Positions 29,057 through 38,779 of a stretch of 64,000 nt of DNA are shown here, in pieces. The first letter of the stretch is position 1; the number at the start of each line of letters is the position of its first letter. The position numbers were made by a program, and so were the translations under genes. Source of the DNA: a virus (Duplodnaviria; Caudoviricetes); IMG/VR virus record IMGVR_UViG_3300028197_000002. One strand, written 5' to 3'. A model generated the notes under the pieces. It was not told where the DNA came from, did no database searches, and saw only the letters and a list, made by a program, of their open reading frames with translations.

Positions 29057-29550
29057 AAAAATCAAAAATAAAAACAAATATAAAAGGTGTTGTTTTTTTT
29101 GAACTAGAGAGTTTTGATGATGGTAGAGGATCTCTTACGGAACTTTTTAGGCATGATTGTTTAGATAATCACAACTTCCCAGTTATGGCTTATTTAAGTG
29201 AAACAAAGCCAAATGTTTCCAGAGGTCCTCATGAGCATGAAGACCAATCAGATTTATTTTTTTTCGCAGGACCAGCAGATTTCAAATTGGTTCTTTGGGA
29301 AAAAAGTCAACAGTTTGTTGATTTGGGATGTGAAACGCAAGGATTGTACAGGGAAGAGCATATTGTGGGTGTGAGTAACCCTACAGGAGTTATCGTTCCT
29401 CCCGGAGTTATACATGGATATAAAAACATATCAGATGTTTCCGGCTTAGTTATAAATGCTCCAAATAAACTATACGCAGGTCCCGGAAAATTATACGAGG
29501 TGGACGAAATAAGGCATGAAGATGAAAAAAACACAGATCTTATTATTTAA
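29053..29550 (+). CDS. rfbC: dTDP-4-dehydrorhamnose 3,5-epimerase-like cupin
   Basis: FDDGRGSLTELFR, SRGPHEH..Q, VPPGVIHG. Confidence 0.82.
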   Translation: MKKSKIKTNIKGVVFFELESFDDGRGSLTELFRHDCLDNHNFPVMAYLSETKPNVSRGPHEHEDQSDLFFFAGPADFKLVLWEKSQQFVDLGCETQGLYREEHIVGVSNPTGVIVPPGVIHGYKNISDVSGLVINAPNKLYAGPGKLYEVDEIRHEDEKNTDLII

Positions 29551-30499
29551 TATTTTTATTTATTTGGTTTTGACAAATCTTGTTTTGTCTCAAGAAAAAA
29601 CAGGATTTGCCATAGATCCAAGTGCAAATAACATTGCGGTTCTTTTCACTATGACGGACGAAAGTGGAAGAACGCGTAATTTAGATTTGATAGAATCAGT
29701 TTTTAAAGATGGAGCTTTAGGTTTTAAGGCTCAAAGATATCATAACGTTTCTTCTCCTTTTATTTATAATAAGCTAACAGAGATTTCTGAAAAATTAGAC
29801 GACAATGCTACCTTGCTCTGTTATTTTAACAGTCATGGAGGAGGAAGCGGTAATAGATTTATAATGAGTGCTAAAGGTGGAAATTTTAAATTTAGCAAAG
29901 CTTTGGATGCTATTAAGAAAGGCAAGAAAGTTAAGAGATTAGTTTTTCTAGTAGACACTTGTCATGCCGAAGGCAGCATTCAAGATTCTACTGGTCAAGA
30001 TGGTGAATTATTAAAAAATTTAAGAGATGCAACCCCTACTGAGTTTCTTCCAGAGTTGCCTGACACTTATGACTCAAAGGACTTGCCTTTCACTGCAAGT
30101 TTTATTGAAAGCCGACTTGAAAAAAGAGGTTATAAAACTTATAGAGTTACAAATAGAGTTATTGACTACGGTCAGGAAAGTGGGGCTTATGATGAAATAT
30201 TAATTATTAGTTCTTCGAGTGTTGAGAAGGTTTCGTACAGAGGAGTTTTTGCTTCTCGTTTAAATTCTACTTTCCAGAAAGTAAAAGAAGATAATGAAGT
30301 GACAGTAAATCAATTTTTAAAGAAGTTCGCGGATAGCCATTCTAAGAGTGGACAACAACCGCACTACAAACTTCTTCCTGACAAGACGATGCTTGAAGAA
30401 CCTTTATTTGGTCCTTGGCTCGCGCAGGTTTTGCCAATCATGGAAAATGGCAAAAGAAAAGAATTAGGGTATAATTTCATACCAATGCCAAGTAAATAA
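29522..30499 (+). CDS. Caspase-like (clan CD) peptidase with signal peptide
   Basis: Signal-like MKKTQILLFNIFIYLVLTNLVLS; His-Gly in YFNSHGG and Cys in LVDTCHA. Confidence 0.7.
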   Translation: MKKTQILLFNIFIYLVLTNLVLSQEKTGFAIDPSANNIAVLFTMTDESGRTRNLDLIESVFKDGALGFKAQRYHNVSSPFIYNKLTEISEKLDDNATLLCYFNSHGGGSGNRFIMSAKGGNFKFSKALDAIKKGKKVKRLVFLVDTCHAEGSIQDSTGQDGELLKNLRDATPTEFLPELPDTYDSKDLPFTASFIESRLEKRGYKTYRVTNRVIDYGQESGAYDEILIISSSSVEKVSYRGVFASRLNSTFQKVKEDNEVTVNQFLKKFADSHSKSGQQPHYKLLPDKTMLEEPLFGPWLAQVLPIMENGKRKELGYNFIPMPSK

Positions 30500-30509
30500 A
30501 AGGCGATTA

Positions 30510-31127
30510 ATGTTCAATAATTTTGATATAGATTCTAGGCTTAGAATAAGCCCTAAATCTTTTCCTGATTTTTTTGCGGCTCCTGTAACTCTTTATGTGA
30601 ATGATTTTGATGAAGAATCAGTGGTTAAATTTAAAAAAGAAATGGAGTTGGCTCAGAACACAAATCAGGACATAATTCCTATAGTAATAGACTCTTATGG
30701 GGGGCATGTTTATAGTCTGCTTGCTATGATAGACATAATAGAACAATGTCCAGTTACAGTGGCAACTATAGGTCTAGGAAAAATGATGAGTTGTGGAAGT
30801 GTTTTATTGACTTGTGGTGATGAAGGATATCGCTTTGCAAGTCCAAACTCCACAGTCATGGTTCATGATGTTTCTTCTTGGACTTCAGGGAAAAATGAAG
30901 AAATTCAGTCTAGTGCTGCTCAAACAAACAAGTTGAATAAAAAGATTTTTGAAATCATGTCTGTTAATTGTGGTCATCATAAATCTTATTTTTTAGATAA
31001 GCTTTTTGAAAAGCATCATGCTGAGTGGTATCTTTCTTCAAAAGAAGCCAAGAGAGAAAATATTATACAATATATAAAAACTCCTTCATTTAACATAAGC
31101 ATTAATGTGAACGTGGATTTTAGTTAA
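30510..31127 (+). CDS. clpP: ClpP-family protease
   Basis: IDSYGGHVY..LAMID, GKMMSCGS (Ser), VMVHD (His), YLSSKEA. Confidence 0.88.
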   Translation: MFNNFDIDSRLRISPKSFPDFFAAPVTLYVNDFDEESVVKFKKEMELAQNTNQDIIPIVIDSYGGHVYSLLAMIDIIEQCPVTVATIGLGKMMSCGSVLLTCGDEGYRFASPNSTVMVHDVSSWTSGKNEEIQSSAAQTNKLNKKIFEIMSVNCGHHKSYFLDKLFEKHHAEWYLSSKEAKRENIIQYIKTPSFNISINVNVDFS

Positions 31128-31555
31128 TTTATTTTTTCTAAAAAATTAATTAATTTTTTATTTTTATATGTTTCAAGTTTGTTCTTAGCATATTTATTTG
31201 CATAAAATTGACAAAATAATTCTACCTGATTTTCTTTTTTATTTTTGTTATCTTTTGTTAATTTTAACCAAACGTCTATCTTATCATTAGGCAGTTTGTT
31301 CCAAACTAGATGCCCTATTTCATGAAGCAAAGCATATTCTCGGCTATAGTTCCAAGGCGCAGATATCTTTATTAACTTTTTATTTTCATCATAAAATCCA
31401 ATATGCTTTGAATCATTTTTCAAAGTATTGTACGGTTCAAATTCGATTTTGAAATCAGCAACTAGTTTTTGATGGCTTTTTGGTATCTTTTCTAATGTTT
31501 TATTCACATCATTAGTGCTGTATTCGAAATTTTCTATAAAAAGTCTGAAATTCAT
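31124..31555 (-). CDS. Zincin-like metallopeptidase with CTS-like start
   Basis: LLHEIGH (HExxH) and downstream E in VELFCQ; begins MNFRLFIE; ATAAATA upstream. Confidence 0.6.
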   Translation of the reverse strand: MNFRLFIENFEYSTNDVNKTLEKIPKSHQKLVADFKIEFEPYNTLKNDSKHIGFYDENKKLIKISAPWNYSREYALLHEIGHLVWNKLPNDKIDVWLKLTKDNKNKKENQVELFCQFYANKYAKNKLETYKNKKLINFLEKIN

Positions 31556-31642
31556 AAAATTAACTCTTGATTATTTATTTTATTTATGTTCTTAGAAACA
31601 ATAAATAAAATAAAACCTTTTTCAAGTTTAATTGGGAGATTA

Positions 31643-32371
31643 ATGACTAGAACTAGAAAAAAAAGACAAGCTTCGTCAAAAGCGTCTGAAACAAAAACCA
31701 CAAAAACTACTTCTATTAAAAGAAGAAGAAATTTACTTAAGCCTAAGACCAAAAATCAAGAAGATGTGATTTATGCTTTAGCAGAAAATACTGTAACTCT
31801 TGCGATGGGTCCTGCTGGAACTGGCAAGACAAAAATAGCAGTAGCATATGGTGTTGAAAAATTATTGGATGGAGACTTTAAAAGGCTGGTCATAACCAGA
31901 CCTGTAGTAGAAGCAGGAGAGAATTTAGGTTTCCTTCCGGGTTCGTTTGAAGAAAAGATAGATCCTTATTTGCAGCCTATATATTACGAGCTTTCCCATT
32001 ATCTCAGCAAGACTGATTTGCAAACTTATATAAATAATGGAATTAATAGAATAGGCGAAAATGAAATAATAATTGCTCCTTTGGCATATATGAGAGGCAT
32101 GAATTATCACGATTCCTATATGATATTAGATGAATCTCAGAATTGTACAAGAGAGCAGATGAAACTGTTTATAACAAGAATAGGATTTAATAGCAAAGCT
32201 GTTATGGTTGGAGACGATAAGCAATCAGATTTGCCTAATGGAAAATCTGGACTTGTGTATTGGTACGATAAACTCAAAGGTATACAAGATGTAGCTTCAG
32301 TTAAATTAGATAACGAAGACATAATAAGGAATCCTGTCATTTCTAGGATTCTTCAAAGATTAGGGGAATAA
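31643..32371 (+). CDS. phoH: PhoH-family ATPase
   Basis: GPAGTGKT, RPVVEAGENLGFLPG, LAYMRG, ILDESQN, GDDKQSD; GGGAG RBS before 31643. Confidence 0.96.
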   Translation: MTRTRKKRQASSKASETKTTKTTSIKRRRNLLKPKTKNQEDVIYALAENTVTLAMGPAGTGKTKIAVAYGVEKLLDGDFKRLVITRPVVEAGENLGFLPGSFEEKIDPYLQPIYYELSHYLSKTDLQTYINNGINRIGENEIIIAPLAYMRGMNYHDSYMILDESQNCTREQMKLFITRIGFNSKAVMVGDDKQSDLPNGKSGLVYWYDKLKGIQDVASVKLDNEDIIRNPVISRILQRLGE

Positions 32372-32412
32372 GATGGGCACGCCGATTACCAAGCTCGTAT
32401 TTGGAGCTAGCT

Positions 32413-35400
32413 ATGAACTATGAAATGGGTGGTGGAGTTGTTCTTTCCGGACAGGTTAGTGTAACTTCGCCTTACTATCAGTATGTTGGTTCTGGTGGGA
32501 TAACGATATCATCGGCTGTCCGGCAGCTATCTGATTTTGGGATACCTGATTTTTCGGCTGTCGGTTCTGGCGGAATATCATTAACAAATAGATATACCTA
32601 TCGTCAAAATATAACTAATTCTTATAATTTTGATTTTTTGAGTTCTTACAGCATTCAGCCTTATACCGAACCCTTTGGTCCTTCAAGCCCAACAACTGAC
32701 AATATTATAATAGATTTTACTTCTGGTTATTCTGTAGGAGAACAAAGAAAGTATTGGTGGAGAATTCAATGCTGTTGCCTGCCAGCAGAAGAAGGAGAAG
32801 GAGAAGAAGGCCCTTCAGAAGTGTCTCTCATGCCTTTGAAATTTAATAGTTCGATAAATAGTCTTATTGAAGGTTTGGCAAATAATTCAATTATTAGCCC
32901 TAATTTAATTAAAAGTTTGATGCCTTCAATTTCCATCTCATCTAAACCATTATTTGCATCGTTAGGTGATGCGAATAATGGTTTAGGTAACCAAAAAAAT
33001 AAATCTAGGAATAGCAATCGACTTAACAGATCTAATGGAGAGATTTCTGCTCTATATCATGAAGACGATCATGAAGAAGAGGTTTTATGTCAAGGAATAT
33101 GGAATAGCGGAGGTAGTTTAACTTGTGGTGGAAATGCTTTAAGTTTGATTAGTCTTGTAAGGGCGCCAACTGTAAATGACGTTTGCGCTATAATCAAAGC
33201 TCCTATGTTCGGCCCTGAATACTTGGATATTTTTTCTGTTTTGAAAATACAAAAATGGGTCCCGGAACAAAGACTTTGGGTAGATCAAGAGTACTGCAAT
33301 GCTCCAAATTGCATATCTCTTTGTGTAGATTATGCGCCTGAAGATGATCACGCTGCTTTTGTTATGTCTGTGATAGAAAATTATAATGAAGCAATTGGAA
33401 CTGGTGGTGTTTCTTTATCTGGATCGGCAGAGGCGTCAGCTATTATTGGAACTTGTGTGGGACAAGGAGGAGTTACCATAGCCGGATCCTTACACTCTGT
33501 AATTTCAGCAGCATACAGTTTCAATCCAAATTTCATTGGAAAACCTCCAGTTTCACTTGGAGGCTCTGCTAATATATTTGTGAGTCATGTAAATTCTAGA
33601 GGAGGAATATTTCTTTCATCTTCTTCTATTGAAGTTATTTCCATCGCTCACTTTTACAAATCACAAGGCGGACTTTCCATAGAAGGATCAGGATTAGATG
33701 ATGTAAGATTTTCAACTTCATATGATGATATAACTTATGATGTGATATTCTTGACAGGCGCAGCAGAATTCACTTCTCTTTTAAAGAATTTCATATACGA
33801 TTCAGAAGGAGGCGGTGTTTCTTTAAGTGGAGCGGCAGAAGCTAATTCTAGTAGATACAAGCATGATTCTGATGGGATGATCACAATCTCAGGAATTTCA
33901 GAAACAATATCAGGGAGAAGACGATATCAGGGAGAAGGTGGAATTTCTATTGGAGGAAGTTCTTATCTGACCAGATATGTTGTAGCTTCTGGAGGAATTG
34001 CTATTTGTCGTGGTTATGATTTCACTGTTATATCAGGACCAACATCTACTTTCGACATCGTAGGATTTGAAAACAGGTCAAGAAATTTGACTTTTAATAA
34101 TGATGGAACAAAAATGTTTGTTGTTGGAGAAACTGGGGATGATGTAAACGAATTCAATCTTTCTGTCGGTTTTGATCTTTCATCATCAGTAACATTTGTA
34201 GGAACTTTTAGTGTATCTGCAAATTGCCCAAACCCAACGGCGGTGAAATTCAATCCAGATGGCACAAAAATGTTTCTAACTACATTTGGAAACAGCAATG
34301 TTCATGAATATGGTTTAACAACAGGGTTCGATGTATCAACAGCAAGTTTCAGCCAAACATTAATTACAAGCGGTAATGACAGTGATAACTTTGGCCTTGA
34401 TTTTAGCAACGATGGAACCAAGATGTTCATCACAGGAAATCAAAATGATAAAATATATGAATACGCATTATCGTCAGCATTTGACATTTCAACAGCAACA
34501 TTTACGCAGGATTTATATTTAGGCACCCAAGATTCAGAACCTTTTGGAATAGAGTTTATTGATGATGGGAAAAAATTATTTGTTGTAGGAACATTAGACA
34601 ACGGTGTTGATGAATATCATTTATCTAGCCCATATGACATATCGACAGCTTCTCATGTGAACTTTTTTGGTGTAAGCGGCAATCCATCTGGAATCCACAT
34701 TAATCCTAGTGCAACTAAAATGTTCATTTGTGGAACGTCTACAGATTTAGTTAAAGAATTTGATATGAACTCAGGCTGCGATACTGAATCTTATTTTACT
34801 TTTACATACACTGGTTCCGGAGGAGTTGTTCTCTCTGGGCAGACTAGTGGAACAACTTCACCTTCCTTTAATTTCGAGTCTTCAGGTTTAGGTCCTATTA
34901 CAGTTACTAATGATGGAGTTTATGTTAGTTACAGAGATCTAGGAAATCATGAGGACACTTTTAGTGCGGTTATGTCGACAAGCAACTTATCTTTAAACCT
35001 TGGAAATGATATAGCTGATGGTTTTTCTGATTTGTCAATAAACAGTGGGACAATTAATACATGTGGTTGTGAGAACGTTGGTCTGACTATTCAGCTTGTA
35101 AATAATCTTTCTAAAGTCTCAGAGATTGGAAGTTTTATTCAGCGAAACAAACTAAATTCTTTAGATTCTTTGAGATTGCATTATGTTAATGGAATTAATT
35201 CTTGGAATAACGTCCAGCATCTTTCTGGGCTTGGTGCTGATGATGTAACAGAAAATTGGAAATTTGTTTTTCAACTATCTTGCACTAACAAAATTGAAAA
35301 CATAGAGCTTGAAAATTTTTATTTTAAATTTTTACTATTGGTCGAAAAACAAATTCCCTCAAAAAATATTAAACTAAAATCCATGTTTTTATTGAATATG

Positions 35401-35868
35401 GACACCTCTGTTATGTGTTCTGATTCTACTCGATTGTTAAGTAGCACTATTACTTTTGATTCTTTTGAAAAAATTCCGTTTGTTGACGAAAATATAATAG
35501 AAAATTTTGTTTACAAAGATGAAATAGGTATTTTTTCCGATTCAGTGTGGAATAAAAAATTAGATTACTCTCTTATTAGAGATGATTTGGCTTCAGGCCC
35601 AGTTGTTTCTGGGGCATTTCCTACTTTTAAGATAAACATACCGATTGGTCAGCCGCTAGAGTATTTTATGACATTGCCTGATGAGTCAATTCCTAAAAAG
35701 CAGCAGCAACTTTTGGACTCTCAAATTCAAAATCCTTTATCTCAAACAGATGTTGATTTGAAAGGTCAATTAACAAGCGGTCGTCCGACTTCAATCGCAC
35801 TTGGAAGCGGTCCGACCGCCATTCGGGTAGACAGCCCCCAATACAACACGATTTTTCCTCCAAATTAA
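32413..35868 (+). CDS. Large virion structural protein with G-x-GG-x-x-x-SG repeats and an inserted beta-propeller
   Basis: Many GSGG(I/V)x(L/I)SG repeats; five F-x-x-DGTKMF-type blades at ~34021-34770; Cys-rich segments. Confidence 0.8.
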   Translation: MNYEMGGGVVLSGQVSVTSPYYQYVGSGGITISSAVRQLSDFGIPDFSAVGSGGISLTNRYTYRQNITNSYNFDFLSSYSIQPYTEPFGPSSPTTDNIIIDFTSGYSVGEQRKYWWRIQCCCLPAEEGEGEEGPSEVSLMPLKFNSSINSLIEGLANNSIISPNLIKSLMPSISISSKPLFASLGDANNGLGNQKNKSRNSNRLNRSNGEISALYHEDDHEEEVLCQGIWNSGGSLTCGGNALSLISLVRAPTVNDVCAIIKAPMFGPEYLDIFSVLKIQKWVPEQRLWVDQEYCNAPNCISLCVDYAPEDDHAAFVMSVIENYNEAIGTGGVSLSGSAEASAIIGTCVGQGGVTIAGSLHSVISAAYSFNPNFIGKPPVSLGGSANIFVSHVNSRGGIFLSSSSIEVISIAHFYKSQGGLSIEGSGLDDVRFSTSYDDITYDVIFLTGAAEFTSLLKNFIYDSEGGGVSLSGAAEANSSRYKHDSDGMITISGISETISGRRRYQGEGGISIGGSSYLTRYVVASGGIAICRGYDFTVISGPTSTFDIVGFENRSRNLTFNNDGTKMFVVGETGDDVNEFNLSVGFDLSSSVTFVGTFSVSANCPNPTAVKFNPDGTKMFLTTFGNSNVHEYGLTTGFDVSTASFSQTLITSGNDSDNFGLDFSNDGTKMFITGNQNDKIYEYALSSAFDISTATFTQDLYLGTQDSEPFGIEFIDDGKKLFVVGTLDNGVDEYHLSSPYDISTASHVNFFGVSGNPSGIHINPSATKMFICGTSTDLVKEFDMNSGCDTESYFTFTYTGSGGVVLSGQTSGTTSPSFNFESSGLGPITVTNDGVYVSYRDLGNHEDTFSAVMSTSNLSLNLGNDIADGFSDLSINSGTINTCGCENVGLTIQLVNNLSKVSEIGSFIQRNKLNSLDSLRLHYVNGINSWNNVQHLSGLGADDVTENWKFVFQLSCTNKIENIELENFYFKFLLLVEKQIPSKNIKLKSMFLLNMDTSVMCSDSTRLLSSTITFDSFEKIPFVDENIIENFVYKDEIGIFSDSVWNKKLDYSLIRDDLASGPVVSGAFPTFKINIPIGQPLEYFMTLPDESIPKKQQQLLDSQIQNPLSQTDVDLKGQLTSGRPTSIALGSGPTAIRVDSPQYNTIFPPN

Positions 35869-35894
35869 TAATGACTGGGAATGGTTGATTAAAC

Positions 35895-36092
35895 ATGAGT
35901 TCTACTGAAATTATTTTAATAATTTGCTTGATTGTTTCTATAATAAATTTAATCACCTTATTGTCTGTTTCAAACTTTTTAGTTAGACTCGCTTCAAAGA
36001 TGACAGACGCCCAATTTAATATTGAAAGTGAAGATGAATTAGAAGAAAATAATCAAAATCCTAATAATGATAAAGGTTTAGTTGATGTATAA
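35895..36092 (+). CDS. Small membrane protein
   Basis: N-terminal TM helix; acidic tail. Confidence 0.7.
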   Translation: MSSTEIILIICLIVSIINLITLLSVSNFLVRLASKMTDAQFNIESEDELEENNQNPNNDKGLVDV

Positions 36093-36984
36093 AAAATTAA
36101 AAAGAATGGTTTGGTTTTTTGGCTTAATTGTCTGTGAATGGCTTGTTCTTGTAACTTTTGGAATGTATCAAGAAGCCAGATCTGACGAACCAATAAAAGC
36201 AGTGTTTCAAGAAGAGCAGAAGCTTGTGTTTACGAATCCTTTTCCCACAACTACATCGAGCAACGTGCCAGATGAATTTAAGGATCTTGTTTGGAACAAG
36301 TGGGATACTGATAATTTTATTGTTTTGAGCATTAGCGAGCAACAAGGTCTTTATCTTAAAAATAATATAGAACGCATAAAAAGTTCTCTTTTGAAAAATT
36401 GGGGGATAAAAGATTTTGATTTATCTAAAAAGTGCAAGTTAGTTTGTGTTTCTAATGAAGAAATGTTAGATAAATTATTTAAAAAGCAAGATTTTCATTC
36501 TGAAGTTAGAAAAGATTCTGATGGAAATATAGAATCTAATGCAATATGGTTTTATTTAGACGATACAAATGCTATGGGAAAGCTTAATGATAAAGTTCTC
36601 GACATATGTCTTTCAGAACTGTCGCAAAAAGTCAAATCAATCCCTGCTTTTTGCAGAGTGGGAATGTGCGTTTTAAGTAAAAACTCAAACCAAATTAAAG
36701 AAACTATTTTAAAAGGGGAAGATGCTAATGCCTCTGATTTAATTACATCTGAAAAGCCAGAGTTATCAGAAGGGCCTTGTGCTGCTTTGTGTTTGATGAT
36801 TCGGAAAGAGTATGGTGAAAATAATTTTTTAAGTTATTTGCTAACAGGGGACTTAAAGTCTTTGGGAATTAATGATGAAAATCAGTTAGATTCTATATTT
36901 AACAGATACAAAGACAATCTGAAGAAAGATTTAAGTAATAATTTAGTTCCTGCTAATTATTTGAAAATAGAAAGTTCAAATTAA
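36085..36984 (+). CDS. Membrane-anchored/secreted protein, possibly an inactive zincin-fold homologue
   Basis: N-terminal TM; WDTDNFIV and PAFCRVGMCVLS recall peptidase MA-like proteins but HExxH is missing. Confidence 0.55.
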   Translation: MYKKLKRMVWFFGLIVCEWLVLVTFGMYQEARSDEPIKAVFQEEQKLVFTNPFPTTTSSNVPDEFKDLVWNKWDTDNFIVLSISEQQGLYLKNNIERIKSSLLKNWGIKDFDLSKKCKLVCVSNEEMLDKLFKKQDFHSEVRKDSDGNIESNAIWFYLDDTNAMGKLNDKVLDICLSELSQKVKSIPAFCRVGMCVLSKNSNQIKETILKGEDANASDLITSEKPELSEGPCAALCLMIRKEYGENNFLSYLLTGDLKSLGINDENQLDSIFNRYKDNLKKDLSNNLVPANYLKIESSN

Positions 36985-37025
36985 TATATAATATTATCAT
37001 TTATTTTTAATCGGAGGTTCTTAAA

Positions 37026-37280
37026 ATGATATTTTCGTTATTACTTTGGCTTGTCTACGGATTGATAGTTGGTTTGATAGTAAAAGCTATATATAGAGGA
37101 AGTCTTTCCGCTGGTTTTATGTCCACAGTCGGGATAGGCATTGCAGGTTCTTTTGTTGGTGGTCTTATAAATTACTTGTTAGGAGGCGGTGGTGACCCAC
37201 TTCAACCGTCCGGTTTCTTAATGGGAATTGTTGGCGGTATTGTGGCTTGTATTTTACATAAAAAATTAAATGAACTTTGA
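37026..37280 (+). CDS. GlsB/YeaQ/YmgE-family (transglycosylase-associated) membrane protein
   Basis: WLVYGLIVGLIVKAI...GIAGSFVGG...GIVGGIV; GGAGG RBS. Confidence 0.88.
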   Translation: MIFSLLLWLVYGLIVGLIVKAIYRGSLSAGFMSTVGIGIAGSFVGGLINYLLGGGGDPLQPSGFLMGIVGGIVACILHKKLNEL

Positions 37281-37500
37281 TATTTTAGACGACAGAATTT
37301 TAAATTCTTTTAAGGAAAAGTATAGGGACGTTCATCCTTTAGTTTTTCAAAGATCATTAGAAAGAGCTAGGAATTTTGATGATTTATTTGAAATACTAGA
37401 GGACGTTCCTGAATTTCCTTTTTGCTGGGATGACGAAAACAAGAAATGGATGTCTTTTTATGATTTTGTCATTTTTGAAAAAGTAAAAGAAATTTTATGA
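37270..37500 (+). CDS. Hypothetical protein
   Basis: Coupled ORF. Confidence 0.7.
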   Translation: MNFDILDDRILNSFKEKYRDVHPLVFQRSLERARNFDDLFEILEDVPEFPFCWDDENKKWMSFYDFVIFEKVKEIL

Positions 37501-38276
37501 TTGTTGCTGCCATATATGAAAATTTAAAAGAAGATAGAAAAAACCCAAATCATAGATTTCAAAAAGAATTGGTAAATTTTTGGAAAAAAAGCTGGAAAGA
37601 CAATGGGTTTGACGTAGTCGTTATTACAGAAAAAGATTTTCCTGTTTCTTCTGAGTTTGAGAACTTTTGTTGTAGGATTGAAGAAGTCAATAGAAAAATA
37701 TATGGCAATTCTTTTGAAAAAATGAAAAAAGGTTTTATGTGGAGATATTCTATTTCTTGTTGGAAAAGATGGTTTATTTTTGCTGAATTAAATTTGAATG
37801 ATCCTTTTTACTGTGGTGATTATGATGTTATAAATAATTCATTAACACCTGATAATTGCGAGATCAGTCAAGACTTATTTTTTTTACATGGTCTTTGTCC
37901 TTGTTTGGCTAGTGGCACTTCTTCTCAATTTAAATATTTTTGCGACATTGCAATCAAAATTTCTGAAAAGAATATAGATCGCATATCTGAATCCTTCAAA
38001 GAGAAGTCAGTGGGCACATTTTATACAGATCAATCTTTTTTTGTTTGTAATCATAAAGATGATGACTATAAACAAAGTTTAATAAACACTTCTTCAACAA
38101 CAACTTTTTTAAATGGCATAAGACTAGACCCAGAATGCAAGCTGATACATTTTTCTCATAATTTCACATCAAGAAATTGTGATAAGTATTCTGATTTAAA
38201 TAGAATAAAAATAATAAAGAAATTTTTGAAAAAAAAAGAATCTTTAGTTAAAAATGTGTCTTGGAGACTTGGATAA
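37497..38276 (+). CDS. Putative GT-A fold glycosyltransferase-like protein
   Basis: GDYDVIN (DxD) and TDQ motif. Confidence 0.5.
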   Translation: MIVAAIYENLKEDRKNPNHRFQKELVNFWKKSWKDNGFDVVVITEKDFPVSSEFENFCCRIEEVNRKIYGNSFEKMKKGFMWRYSISCWKRWFIFAELNLNDPFYCGDYDVINNSLTPDNCEISQDLFFLHGLCPCLASGTSSQFKYFCDIAIKISEKNIDRISESFKEKSVGTFYTDQSFFVCNHKDDDYKQSLINTSSTTTFLNGIRLDPECKLIHFSHNFTSRNCDKYSDLNRIKIIKKFLKKKESLVKNVSWRLG

Positions 38277-38755
38277 TGCACTTGCATGAAGAATATTCAA
38301 AAAGAAATAACATTAAAAATTGCGTGTTGAGAAACACTAGAAATATTATATTTTTAAATGAATCCAGATATGATTGCATTTCTATTTACAGAGATATTTC
38401 TTTAAGACCTTTTATCTATAAGTTTGACTTTTGTATTAGAGGAGAAGTTAAAAAAAGCATAGATATAACTTGGGAAAATTATGAAAGATTTATTTTTTTT
38501 ATACATAAAGTTTTTAATGAAAAATTTGTTTTTGACAAACAGCAGATAAAGTTTTGTTTTTGGTCTTTGACTGTTATTAAAAATCAAGATTATTTTATCA
38601 ATAATATTGATAGAAAAAAAATGTTTAATTCTTTTGAAAGTTTAAATATTATTGATTCAATAGTTTCCGAAAATAAAAGCTTTGAATTAAAGTGGAAAAA
38701 TGATCTGAATAGTATCTTTAAACGTTATGCTTTTTGGTTAGAAATGCTATCATGA
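38276..38755 (+). CDS. Hypothetical protein
   Basis: ATG overlapping the previous stop. Confidence 0.6.
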   Translation: MHLHEEYSKRNNIKNCVLRNTRNIIFLNESRYDCISIYRDISLRPFIYKFDFCIRGEVKKSIDITWENYERFIFFIHKVFNEKFVFDKQQIKFCFWSLTVIKNQDYFINNIDRKKMFNSFESLNIIDSIVSENKSFELKWKNDLNSIFKRYAFWLEMLS

Positions 38756-38779
38756 TTAAATCTTTTTTAAGAGACGGTT

